In this document: piece after piece, positions 29,432-40,224 of the stretch
How the letters are laid out: every line of letters starts with the position of its first letter
Numbering within the stretch: position 1 is the first letter of the stretch
Origin: Escherichia coli
GTDB taxonomy: Bacteria; Pseudomonadota; Gammaproteobacteria; Enterobacterales; Enterobacteriaceae
NCBI RefSeq assembly: GCF_016026235.1
Contig: NZ_CP065613.1
Direction: 5' to 3' (one strand)
Length of the DNA: 64,000 bases
The notes under the pieces: model-generated
What the model was told of the DNA's origin: nothing
Seen by the model: the letters and a program-made list of their open reading frames with translations, nothing else
Databases searched by the model: none
Translations under genes and position numbers: made by a program

Positions 29432-31165
29432 GTGAATATTCAGGCTCTTCTCTCAGAAAAAGTCCGTCAGGCCATGATTGCGGCAGGCGCGCCTGCGGAT
29501 TGCGAACCGCAGGTTCGTCAGTCAGCAAAAGTTCAGTTCGGCGACTATCAGGCTAACGGCATGATGGCAGTTGCTAAAAAACTGGGTATGGCACCGCGAC
29601 AATTAGCAGAGCAGGTGCTGACTCATCTGGATCTTAACGGTATCGCCAGCAAAGTTGAGATCGCCGGTCCAGGCTTTATCAACATTTTCCTTGATCCGGC
29701 ATTCCTGGCTGAACATGTTCAGCAGGCGCTGGCGTCCGATCGTCTCGGTGTTGCTACGCCAGAAAAACAGACCATTGTGGTTGACTACTCTGCGCCAAAC
29801 GTGGCGAAAGAGATGCACGTCGGTCACCTGCGCTCTACCATTATTGGTGACGCAGCAGTGCGTACTCTGGAGTTCCTCGGTCACAAAGTGATTCGCGCAA
29901 ACCACGTCGGCGACTGGGGTACTCAGTTCGGTATGCTGATTGCGTGGCTGGAAAAACAGCAGCAGGAAAACGCTGGTGAAATGGAACTGGCTGACCTTGA
30001 AGGTTTCTACCGCGACGCGAAAAAACATTACGATGAAGATGAAGAGTTCGCCGAGCGCGCACGTAACTACGTGGTAAAACTGCAAAGCGGTGACGAATAT
30101 TTCCGCGAGATGTGGCGCAAACTGGTCGACATCACCATGACGCAGAACCAGATCACTTACGATCGTCTCAACGTGACGCTGACCCGTGATGACGTGATGG
30201 GCGAAAGCCTCTACAACCCAATGCTGCCAGGAATTGTGGCGGATCTCAAAGCCAAAGGTCTGGCAGTAGAAAGCGAAGGGGCGACCGTCGTATTCCTTGA
30301 TGAATTTAAAAACAAGGAAGGCGAACCGATGGGCGTGATCATTCAGAAGAAAGATGGCGGCTATCTCTACACCACCACTGATATCGCCTGTGCGAAATAT
30401 CGTTATGAAACACTGCATGCCGATCGCGTGCTGTATTACATCGACTCCCGTCAGCATCAACACCTGATGCAGGCATGGGCGATCGTCCGTAAAGCAGGCT
30501 ATGTACCGGAATCTGTACCGCTGGAACACCACATGTTCGGCATGATGCTGGGCAAAGACGGCAAACCGTTCAAAACCCGCGCGGGTGGTACAGTGAAACT
30601 GGCCGATCTGCTGGATGAAGCCCTGGAACGTGCACGCCGTCTGGTGGCAGAAAAGAACCCGGATATGCCAGCCGACGAGCTGGAAAAACTGGCTAACGCG
30701 GTTGGTATTGGTGCGGTGAAATATGCGGATCTCTCCAAAAACCGCACCACGGACTACATCTTCGACTGGGACAACATGCTGGCGTTTGAGGGTAATACCG
30801 CGCCATACATGCAGTATGCATACACGCGTGTATTGTCCGTGTTCCGTAAAGCAGAAATTGACGAAGAGCAACTGGCTGCAGCTCCGGTAATCATCCGTGA
30901 AGATCGTGAAGCGCAACTGGCAGCTCGCCTGCTGCAGTTTGAAGAAACCCTCACTGTGGTTGCCCGTGAAGGTACGCCGCATGTGATGTGTGCTTACCTG
31001 TACGATCTGGCCGGTCTGTTCTCTGGCTTCTACGAGCACTGCCCGATCCTCAGCGCAGAAAACGAAGAAGTGCGTAACAGCCGTCTGAAACTGGCACAAC
31101 TGACAGCGAAGACGCTAAAGCTGGGTCTGGATACGCTGGGTATTGAGACAGTAGAGCGTATGTAA
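29432..31165 (+). CDS. argS: Arginine--tRNA ligase
   Basis: 577 aa with a GTG start. Has the HVGH (HIGH-class) motif and a KMSK-like region. Recognised sequence. Confidence 0.97.
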   Translation: MNIQALLSEKVRQAMIAAGAPADCEPQVRQSAKVQFGDYQANGMMAVAKKLGMAPRQLAEQVLTHLDLNGIASKVEIAGPGFINIFLDPAFLAEHVQQALASDRLGVATPEKQTIVVDYSAPNVAKEMHVGHLRSTIIGDAAVRTLEFLGHKVIRANHVGDWGTQFGMLIAWLEKQQQENAGEMELADLEGFYRDAKKHYDEDEEFAERARNYVVKLQSGDEYFREMWRKLVDITMTQNQITYDRLNVTLTRDDVMGESLYNPMLPGIVADLKAKGLAVESEGATVVFLDEFKNKEGEPMGVIIQKKDGGYLYTTTDIACAKYRYETLHADRVLYYIDSRQHQHLMQAWAIVRKAGYVPESVPLEHHMFGMMLGKDGKPFKTRAGGTVKLADLLDEALERARRLVAEKNPDMPADELEKLANAVGIGAVKYADLSKNRTTDYIFDWDNMLAFEGNTAPYMQYAYTRVLSVFRKAEIDEEQLAAAPVIIREDREAQLAARLLQFEETLTVVAREGTPHVMCAYLYDLAGLFSGFYEHCPILSAENEEVRNSRLKLAQLTAKTLKLGLDTLGIETVERM

Positions 31166-31183
31166 TCGATTTTTCGTGAGAGT

Positions 31184-31220
31184 AAAGCCTGATCAGGGTT
31201 ACCTGATCAGGCTTTTTTAT
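31184..31220 (+). terminator. argS intrinsic terminator
   Basis: AAGCCTGATCAGG-GTTA-CCTGATCAGGCTT followed by TTTTTATT. Confidence 0.8.
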
Positions 31221-31341
31221 TGCCATCTAAATGTATTCTGAAAATGGACATGCCATTGTTTTCTGACTGTTGGATAAGAGGCCAGAAGCGTAATATCCGG
31301 CCCCAGGGAAACGATAACGGTTGAATTTAAGGAATACCGCA

Positions 31342-31830
31342 GTGTTTAAATTTCTTGTATTAACATTAGGCATTATCTCTTGCCAGGCTTACGCAGAAGA
31401 TACGGTTATAGTAAACGACCATGACATTTCAGCCATCAAAGATTGTTGGCAAAAAAATTCAGATGATGATACTGACATTAACGTGATCAAATCATGCCTG
31501 CGACAAGAATACAATCTCGTCGATGCGCAATTAAATAAAGCCTATGGTGAAGGTTATCGTTATATAGAACAAGTGCCACGCACAGGTGTAAAAAAACCTG
31601 ATACCGAACAACTTAACTTGCTTAAAAAATCACAGCGAGCCTGGCTGGATTTTAGGGACAAAGAATGTGAATTAATCCTTTCAAATGAGGACGTTCAGGA
31701 TTTAAGTGCCCCTTATTCTGAATCAGAATGGCTCTCATGTATGATCATACAGACCAATACGCGAACTCGCCAGTTGCAGCTATACCGTAACTCTGAAGAT
31801 TTTTATCCAAGCCCTTTGACAAGAGGATAA
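31342..31830 (+). CDS. yecT: Periplasmic DUF1311 protein YecT
   Basis: A GTG start gives the 162-aa form. Has a signal peptide. The track ORF starts 7 codons earlier at TTG. Confidence 0.85.
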   Translation: MFKFLVLTLGIISCQAYAEDTVIVNDHDISAIKDCWQKNSDDDTDINVIKSCLRQEYNLVDAQLNKAYGEGYRYIEQVPRTGVKKPDTEQLNLLKKSQRAWLDFRDKECELILSNEDVQDLSAPYSESEWLSCMIIQTNTRTRQLQLYRNSEDFYPSPLTRG

Positions 31831-31949
31831 TTCACATCTTTTTGGCATGTTTTGTTGCAAGCTATTCCTGATAAATAATTGCAACAAGACATCGAGCCTT
31901 TTTCACTGAGTTATTAAACATACTCGCGAGCGCGTAATTTTTTTGTCCT

Positions 31950-32342
31950 TCAGCGATAATTCACAATCACTTCATTACGTTGTACCTTTAGCGGTGGAAT
32001 TAACCGCCCACCGCCTGGCACTTCCCAGATAAATCGCAACGGTTCTGCTGCCGCTATACCGGAAAAGGCCACGGTGGTTCCGCTCTGCCCCTCTAATTCG
32101 ACACAACGAGATTGCGAACACAAGCGAACCCGCAGTCCTGAAGGTGTCGGGCCGATAAGCTGATAACGCCACGCTACCAGCGTCATCAATCCTGAAGCAG
32201 GTTGTCGCGTAGAAAGAGGCGCAGACGACATCGACTCACCGCGATGATTTAGCGTAATTCCTACACTACTTGCCTGCCACATCCCCTCCCCGGCGGCTTG
32301 CACCAGCAGCGGAAACAATAATATTGCTAATAAGGTTCTCAT
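31950..32342 (-). CDS. flhE: Flagellar protein FlhE
   Basis: 130 aa, recognised, last gene of the flhBAE operon. Confidence 0.95.
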   Translation of the reverse strand: MRTLLAILLFPLLVQAAGEGMWQASSVGITLNHRGESMSSAPLSTRQPASGLMTLVAWRYQLIGPTPSGLRVRLCSQSRCVELEGQSGTTVAFSGIAAAEPLRFIWEVPGGGRLIPPLKVQRNEVIVNYR

Positions 32343-34420
32343 TATTTGCCGCCAATTGTCGCCGTCATGCGGATATGTCGGTTATCAGACAGTTCCAGAT
32401 TCGACAGGACCACTAACTGCGGCAAGCTGCGGCGCAGGAAGCGAGACAATAATGGTCGCAGCGCGTGGTTCACCAACAATACTGGCGGCGCACCCAGCAT
32501 CTCCTGACGGGATAGCGCTTCCTGAGTTTGCGCCAGTAAACGATCCGCCAGCCCTGGCTCCAGTCCTCCCCCGCCCTGCAGCGCCTGTAGTAACAAACGT
32601 TCCAGCGGTGTATCGAGGCCAATAACATGGACTTCATCTTTGCCAGGAAACCACTGCTGGGTAATCGCCCGTCCCAACGCCACGCGCACGACGGCGGTTA
32701 ATTCATGTGGATCGCTTTGGATGGGCGCATGTTCCGCCAGCGTTTCGAGAATGGTGCGCATATCGCGAATCGGTACTTTTTCATCGAGGAGATTTTGCAG
32801 CACTTTATGCAGTGTGGTGAGCGTGACGACGCCAGGAACGAGATCTTCCGTCAGCTTTGGCATCTCCTGGGCGACGCGATCCAACAGCTGTTGCGCCTCC
32901 TGACGACCAAACAGCTCTGCGGCATGCTGGCTAATGAGGTGGTTAAGATGCGTTGCTACCACCGTGCTGGCCTCAACCACTGTGTACCCCTGAATCTGCG
33001 CCTGTTCTTTTAGCGCACTTTCAATCCAGATAGCATTCAGGCCAAATGCCGGATCGACGGTCGCCTCACCAGGTAACGTCCCGGCAGCGGTACCAGGGTT
33101 AATTGCCAGCCAGCGCCCCGGATAAGCATCACCACTGCCAATCTCTACGCCTTTCATCAAAATACGATAACGTGCCGGTTGCAGATCCATATTGTCGCGA
33201 ATGTGCACCACCGGCGGCAAGAAGCCCATTTCCTGAGCAAATTTCTTACGAATACTACGAATACGGCCCAGCAACTCGCCATCTTGTTGGAAATCAACCA
33301 TCGGGATCAGTCGATAACCCACTTCCATTCCCAGAGAATCTTCCAGTTGTACATCGTTCCACGTCGCTTCTACAACGGTATTATTCTCTGCCATTTTTAC
33401 CGGTTTGGGTTCGGCAGGCGCTTTTTGTTCGCGTCCGCGTATCCACCAGGCCAGCCCGAGCAATCCGGCAGTGAACAGCAAAAATACCAGGTTCGGCATT
33501 CCAGGCACCAGGCCGAGTAAACCGAGCACGGCGGCGCTTAACAACATAACGCTTGGGTTACTGAAAAGCTGATTCACCATCTGCTCGCCAACATCCTGAT
33601 CGGTGCTGACACGCGTAACGATGACCCCCGCGGCGGTAGAAATCACCAGCGCCGGAATTTGTGCCACCAGACCGTCGCCAATGGTCAATAGCGTATAACT
33701 TTCCGCCGCGTGTCCCATGCTCATGCCATGTTGCAGCACGCCGACCAGCAACCCGCCGACAACGTTAATGACCATGATGAGGATCCCGGCGATGGCATCG
33801 CCGCGAACAAACTTACTTGCCCCGTCCATTGAGCCGTAAAAATCGGCTTCCTGAGTGACTTCGGAGCGGCGTTTTTTCGCCTCATCTTCACCAATCAATC
33901 CGGCGTTAAGGTCGGCGTCAATCGCCATCTGCTTACCCGGCATACCATCGAGAACAAAGCGCGCACCCACTTCTGCGATACGCCCGGCACCTTTGGTAAT
34001 GACCATAAAGTTGATGATCACGAGAATGACAAACACCACGATACCGATAGCGAAATTGCCACCAACGAGGAAGTGACCGAACGCTTCGACCACCTTCCCT
34101 GCCGCCGCTGCGCCGGTATGCCCTTCCATCAAAATGATACGGGTTGAAGCCACGTTAAGTGCCAGACGCAACAGCGTGGTAAACAACAGAATGGTCGGAA
34201 ACGCAGCAAACTCGAGCGTGCGCTGGGTAAACATCGCCACCAGCAACACCATGATCGACAAGGCAATATTGAAGGTAAACAACAGGTCGAGTATGAATGC
34301 GGGCAGTGGCAGCACCATCATCGACAAGATCAACAGGATCAAAATCGGTCCGGCAAGGATCTGCCATTGTGTCGATTTCAGGTTTGCGGGCAGGCGCAGC
34401 ATCGCGGCCAGATTACTCAT
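32342..34420 (-). CDS. flhA: Flagellar export apparatus protein FlhA (intact, 692 aa)
   Basis: Starts MSNLAAMLRLPANLKSTQWQ. Its start codon overlaps the ancestral flhB stop codon. Confidence 0.95.
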   Translation of the reverse strand: MSNLAAMLRLPANLKSTQWQILAGPILILLILSMMVLPLPAFILDLLFTFNIALSIMVLLVAMFTQRTLEFAAFPTILLFTTLLRLALNVASTRIILMEGHTGAAAAGKVVEAFGHFLVGGNFAIGIVVFVILVIINFMVITKGAGRIAEVGARFVLDGMPGKQMAIDADLNAGLIGEDEAKKRRSEVTQEADFYGSMDGASKFVRGDAIAGILIMVINVVGGLLVGVLQHGMSMGHAAESYTLLTIGDGLVAQIPALVISTAAGVIVTRVSTDQDVGEQMVNQLFSNPSVMLLSAAVLGLLGLVPGMPNLVFLLFTAGLLGLAWWIRGREQKAPAEPKPVKMAENNTVVEATWNDVQLEDSLGMEVGYRLIPMVDFQQDGELLGRIRSIRKKFAQEMGFLPPVVHIRDNMDLQPARYRILMKGVEIGSGDAYPGRWLAINPGTAAGTLPGEATVDPAFGLNAIWIESALKEQAQIQGYTVVEASTVVATHLNHLISQHAAELFGRQEAQQLLDRVAQEMPKLTEDLVPGVVTLTTLHKVLQNLLDEKVPIRDMRTILETLAEHAPIQSDPHELTAVVRVALGRAITQQWFPGKDEVHVIGLDTPLERLLLQALQGGGGLEPGLADRLLAQTQEALSRQEMLGAPPVLLVNHALRPLLSRFLRRSLPQLVVLSNLELSDNRHIRMTATIGGK

Positions 34421-35561
34421 GGGTCGGTTTCTCGTTAATAAAATCCAGGGCTTCCGGCACCGGAAGATGAGTAGGTTGTACAGGGCGCTGTCCACCAGCC
34501 AGACGCCAGCGTTTCAGTTGCCAGACCTAGGCCAGCACTTCCGCCACCGCGGCGTACAGTTGACCCGGGATTTGTTGACCAATCTCCGCATGTCGATACA
34601 GCGCTCGCGCCAGCGGCGGCGCTTCAAGCGTCGGGACGTTATTTTCAGCGCCAATTTCACGAATGCGCAGCGCGACCAGCCCTGCACCTTTAGCGACCAC
34701 TTTCGGTGCGCTCATTTTGTTTTCGTCATACTGCAACGCTACCGAATAGTGGGTCGGGTTATTGACAATGACATCCGCTTTCGGCACATCGGCCATCATC
34801 CGACGCCGTGCAGCCGCTCGCTGCATCTGACGGATCCGCCCTTTAACATGGGGGTCGCCTTCGCTTTGTTTGAACTCATCACGAATATCCTGCCGCGACA
34901 TACGCAGCTTTTTCAGGTGGCTGAAGATTTGGAAAAAGACGTCAAATCCCACCATTGGAATGACACCAAGCACCACCAGCAGTGCGCATAGCCCTACCAG
35001 ATCCATCGCATTACCCATGGCGGTAATCGGAGACTCGGCCATTAAGCGCATCATCTGCGGCCAGTGATGCCAGAGAAAAAACCCCGTCACGCTGCCAACC
35101 AGGATGGTTTTCAAAATTGCTTTAAGTAACTCCGCGCCAGTCTGTGCCGAGAACATCCGTTTAATGCCCGGTAGCGGGTTGAGTTTGGAAAACTTCGGCT
35201 GCAAGGATTTGCCGCTAAATACCAGCCCTCCCAGCATGACCGGAGAAATGAGCGCCACCAGCACCACGCAGCTAATCAGCGGTAGCAGCGCCAGCATGGC
35301 TTCTCTGATCAGCAGAATAAACTGCCCGAGGATCAGATTCGGGTCATTGATAATACTGTGATCAAAATGCAGCCCAGCGGAGAGCATGCCCGACAATCGA
35401 CGGGCCAGGGACACACCGCCAAACCAGATAACACACACGCCCACCAGCAAAATCAGCAGTGAAGTCAGTTCACGGGAACGTGGGATTTGCCCCTCTTCCC
35501 GCGCTTTTTCTAGTCGGTGAGGTGTGGGGGCTTCTGTTTTGTCGTCGCTCTCGTCAGACAC
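34413..35561 (-). pseudogene. flhB: flhB with premature amber codon (344 of about 382 codons translated)
   Basis: The ORF ends ...AAVAEVLA-TAG at 34527-34529. The same frame continues VWQLKRWRLAGGQRPVQPTHLPVPEALDFINEKPTHE to the ancestral TAA at 34413-34415. Confidence 0.9.
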
Positions 35562-35796
35562 GTCGCCAATCCTGGAAAGAGTATTAAGCGTAAATGATGC
35601 CAGAGCGCAAAGCGTTCAATGGTTTGAGTAAGGGGCAAAACCGGCGGGATTTAGGACGTTTATGCAAAAATAGGTTCAGTTGCAGAACGTTTTGCGAACC
35701 ATTTTCCAGTTCTGATATTTAGCCATTTAGCCTATAGAATCGCCCACCGCCTCTCTGTTAGTTTGCTAATAATTAAATTATTACAAAGGTGATCAA

Positions 35797-37305
35797 ATGG
35801 AATGGCAACAATTGCTTAACTGCAACCGTCGGAAAGATAATCTAAAAAAAACCAACATAGCATTTTTACATCCCCTTGCTAGCGGAAGACAAGAGATCGA
35901 ACGGGATTACGACCGATTACTTTTTGCTGCGCCAACTCGTCGCCTTGCGGATAAAACACAAGTTTTCCCGTTAGATCAAAATGACAGCATACGGACGAGA
36001 CTGACTCATTCTCACGAAGTAGCAAACTTTGCTCGCGGAATAGGAATGAGACTCGCTTTCGAGATGAAGGAGCACATCTTTGGCGAAATACCCACGGGGA
36101 TTGTCGTTGAACGCGACGTTCCTGCTCTGTTAGCAGCGATCGGACTGGCACACGATCTCGGTAATCCACCATTTGGGCATCAAGGTGAAGCAGCGATGCG
36201 CGCATGGTTTAATAAAAATCTTCCAGGTCTTCTTGATAAAGAAGTAAACAGCGAAATATATAACGACTTTCTGCAATTTGATGGAAACTCACAAACCCTG
36301 CGCCTGGTTACCAAATTACAAATTATTAACGATAACTTTGGTCTGAATTTGACCTATGCCACGCTGGCTGCACTGATCAAATATCCCCGAGCTTCATATT
36401 CATCGGACAAACATTGGAAAAAGCACGGTTTTTTCTATTCTGAGCATGAGGTTGTCATGGATGTCTGGCAGCAAACGGGCCTTGGCGTACCAGGTAATGA
36501 TGCCGGTTGCCGCCACCCATTTACCTGGATAATGGAAGCTTGCGACGATATTGCCTACTCTGTGCTTGACGCAGAAGATACCATCAAGAAAGGATTTGCC
36601 TCATACCAGGATTTGCGTGATTTTTTGATGTCACAATCCGGGGCGAACGATGTAATTGAAAATGTTATTAAAGCTGTAGAGGCCAAAAATGACGCCTGGA
36701 AAGAGCAAAGAAATGCACTTTCACCGGCAGAAATTAATGAACTCAGTATGCAAATGTTCAGAGTGTATGCCACCAGTGCATTGATTAATGCCGTAGTAGA
36801 AGCCTTTCGCGAACAATTACCCACGCTGATGCAGCGTGACTGCCCGTTCAAAGATTTAATCTCGCAAAGCAAAGGTCACGCCCTCTGCACTGCCCTGAAA
36901 ATGTTCGACCGAACACGAGGCTACCTTCATCGTTCAGTCTTGCAACTGGAACTTAGGGGGTCTAATTACATTACTAACTTGATGGATATGCTCTGGATTG
37001 GCATCCATGGACACAAAACAAAGAAAGAACGAGACGGAGAACGCGAGTCCGCGTCTGCAGATAACCTTTTTGTTTCTCGTGAAGAATACCTGTCGGATAC
37101 TCCCTTTGGTCGCTATGCTTACGGGACAATATCTGAAAATTATCGCCGTGTGTTTGAAGATCCCGCCAATACACTCCCTGTTCTTTATAAAGAAGCGCAG
37201 TTGCTTACCGACGCAATCTCAGGCATGACGGATAGTTATTTAATGCGCCTTCACGATGAGCTAAAATCACTGTATGAATGTGGTCTCAAACACCCAACAG
37301 CTTGA
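35797..37305 (+). CDS. Dgt-family dNTP (dGTP) triphosphohydrolase paralogue, HD domain, 502 aa
   Basis: Motifs are collinear with E. coli Dgt: RRLADKTQVFPL, RTRLTHSHEV, AHDLGNPPFGH, FDGNSQTLRL, PFTWIMEACDDIAY and ISGMTDSY. The RBS is AAGGTGATCAAATG. The region is AT-rich relative to its flanks. Confidence 0.85.
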   Translation: MEWQQLLNCNRRKDNLKKTNIAFLHPLASGRQEIERDYDRLLFAAPTRRLADKTQVFPLDQNDSIRTRLTHSHEVANFARGIGMRLAFEMKEHIFGEIPTGIVVERDVPALLAAIGLAHDLGNPPFGHQGEAAMRAWFNKNLPGLLDKEVNSEIYNDFLQFDGNSQTLRLVTKLQIINDNFGLNLTYATLAALIKYPRASYSSDKHWKKHGFFYSEHEVVMDVWQQTGLGVPGNDAGCRHPFTWIMEACDDIAYSVLDAEDTIKKGFASYQDLRDFLMSQSGANDVIENVIKAVEAKNDAWKEQRNALSPAEINELSMQMFRVYATSALINAVVEAFREQLPTLMQRDCPFKDLISQSKGHALCTALKMFDRTRGYLHRSVLQLELRGSNYITNLMDMLWIGIHGHKTKKERDGERESASADNLFVSREEYLSDTPFGRYAYGTISENYRRVFEDPANTLPVLYKEAQLLTDAISGMTDSYLMRLHDELKSLYECGLKHPTA

Positions 37306-38026
37306 ACAGCGTATCGCCGATTTTTTTACGCTTAGTGATGAGCATAAGAAAGCCAGAGTATTACTTGATACTCTGGCCTGTTCCTGTCCGGCCTGGATTT
37401 TTGGCGGGATGGTGCGTGACTTAGGCTTGTTTGGCGTCGAAGGATTCTCTTCAGACCTTGATATCGTCATCGGTCGCTCGCGTGAGGAACTCTTCCAGAC
37501 ATTGGCTGAACTGCCCGTCAAACAACTGCGTTTTAATAAGTTTGGTGGGATCCGTTTTCGTTATCACGACTTCGAATTTGATATCTGGAACCTCAATGAG
37601 ACATGGGCATTTCGGGAAAAACTTATATTTTGTGAGGATGAATCAAGTCTGTTAAACACTACGCTAATGAGTTGGGATGCCGTGCTCTATGATCTACGTA
37701 GTGAAAAAATTATCAGTAAAGATAATTATTTGACCGATTTAAATCGCAGACATCTTGAACTTGTTCTTCATACTAACCCCAATCCAAGCGGTTCGGTAAC
37801 GAAGATTTTACGCACTATTTTTACTAAGCAGGTAAAGAGTTTAGGGCCGGAACTCTGTCATTTCTTGCACCATGAACTGACGAAAAAACGTTATGAAGTA
37901 TGGCATCACTACGATGTACTGCACTACCAATCATCGTCATTTTCTCGTTCACAATTTAATGCATTGATAAATTTACTGGCGCAACAATCACGCTTCGCTG
38001 ATCTAAAATTATCAAACTACAAATAA
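37274..38026 (+). CDS. Pol-beta superfamily nucleotidyltransferase (CCA-adding/poly(A)-polymerase head-like), 250 aa
   Basis: FGGMVRDLGLFGVEGFSSDLDIVI carries the GG-x-VRD...DxD motif, with a further acidic DFEFDIW strand. It overlaps the dGTPase gene by 32 nt on the same strand. There is no strong RBS. Confidence 0.65.
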   Translation: MNVVSNTQQLEQRIADFFTLSDEHKKARVLLDTLACSCPAWIFGGMVRDLGLFGVEGFSSDLDIVIGRSREELFQTLAELPVKQLRFNKFGGIRFRYHDFEFDIWNLNETWAFREKLIFCEDESSLLNTTLMSWDAVLYDLRSEKIISKDNYLTDLNRRHLELVLHTNPNPSGSVTKILRTIFTKQVKSLGPELCHFLHHELTKKRYEVWHHYDVLHYQSSSFSRSQFNALINLLAQQSRFADLKLSNYK

Positions 38027-38113
38027 CCATCCTCCACGTACTCCCTGAACGAAACCCGCCACCCTGCTATCGGCCTGGCATCATCGCGCAGGCCGAAGTT
38101 CAGGCAATACAAA

Positions 38114-38758
38114 TCAAAATCCAAGACTATCCAACAAATCGTCCACCTGATCCTGACTGGCTACCACACCGGCTTTGCTGGTATCGACCTGAGGTCCATT
38201 AAGCAAACTCTGGTTTTCACGTTTTGGACGCGACTCCTGTTCCGGGATGTTTTCCAACAGCACCATCAGCAACTGGCGTTCGATCTCCTGAATGACATCC
38301 ATCATCCGCTTAATGACCTGCCCGGTGAGATCCTGAAAATCCTGCGCCATCATGATTTCCAGCAGTTGCGCGTTAGTAAAGCTGGTATGCGCGGGTACAT
38401 CTGCCAGAAATTGTCGTGTATCTGTTACCAGTTCACGGGCGTCGGCAAGGTCAATCGGATCGGCAAACCAGTCATCCCAACGTTGGGTTAACGCTTTTGC
38501 TGATTTCTCCATTTGATCCTGATGCGGTTGTGACGCCTCAACACTGTTCAGCGCCCGCTCCGCAGCCTGGGCGGTCATCTGCACAACATAGTACAAACGA
38601 TCGCGCGCATCGGGGATGGCTTCCGCCGCTTCGGCAATGGCCTGATCCAGCCCCAGTTCCCGCAAACTGTCGCGCAGCATACGCGTCAGGCTGCCGATGC
38701 GCGCAATGATATCGCCAGCTGAATGCTCGTCAGCAGGTTTGATTGATGGTTGCATCAT
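38114..38758 (-). CDS. cheZ: CheY-P phosphatase CheZ
   Basis: [24 protein letters not shown]..., 214 aa. Confidence 0.95.
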
Positions 38759-38768
38759 AGTCGCATCC

Positions 38769-40222
<1,454 letters not shown>

Positions 40223-40224
40223 CG

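Noticed and set aside
29603-31099. 498-aa ORF antisense to argS
   Set aside because: It lies completely inside the well-recognised argS gene on the other strand. It is a typical shadow ORF of a high-GC3 gene, with a low-complexity, Cys/His/Phe/Val-rich translation.
34134-34991. 285-aa plus-strand ORF spanning the flhA/flhB junction
   Set aside because: It is antisense to two recognised flagellar genes and crosses their boundary. The translation is Arg/Asn-rich and implausible.
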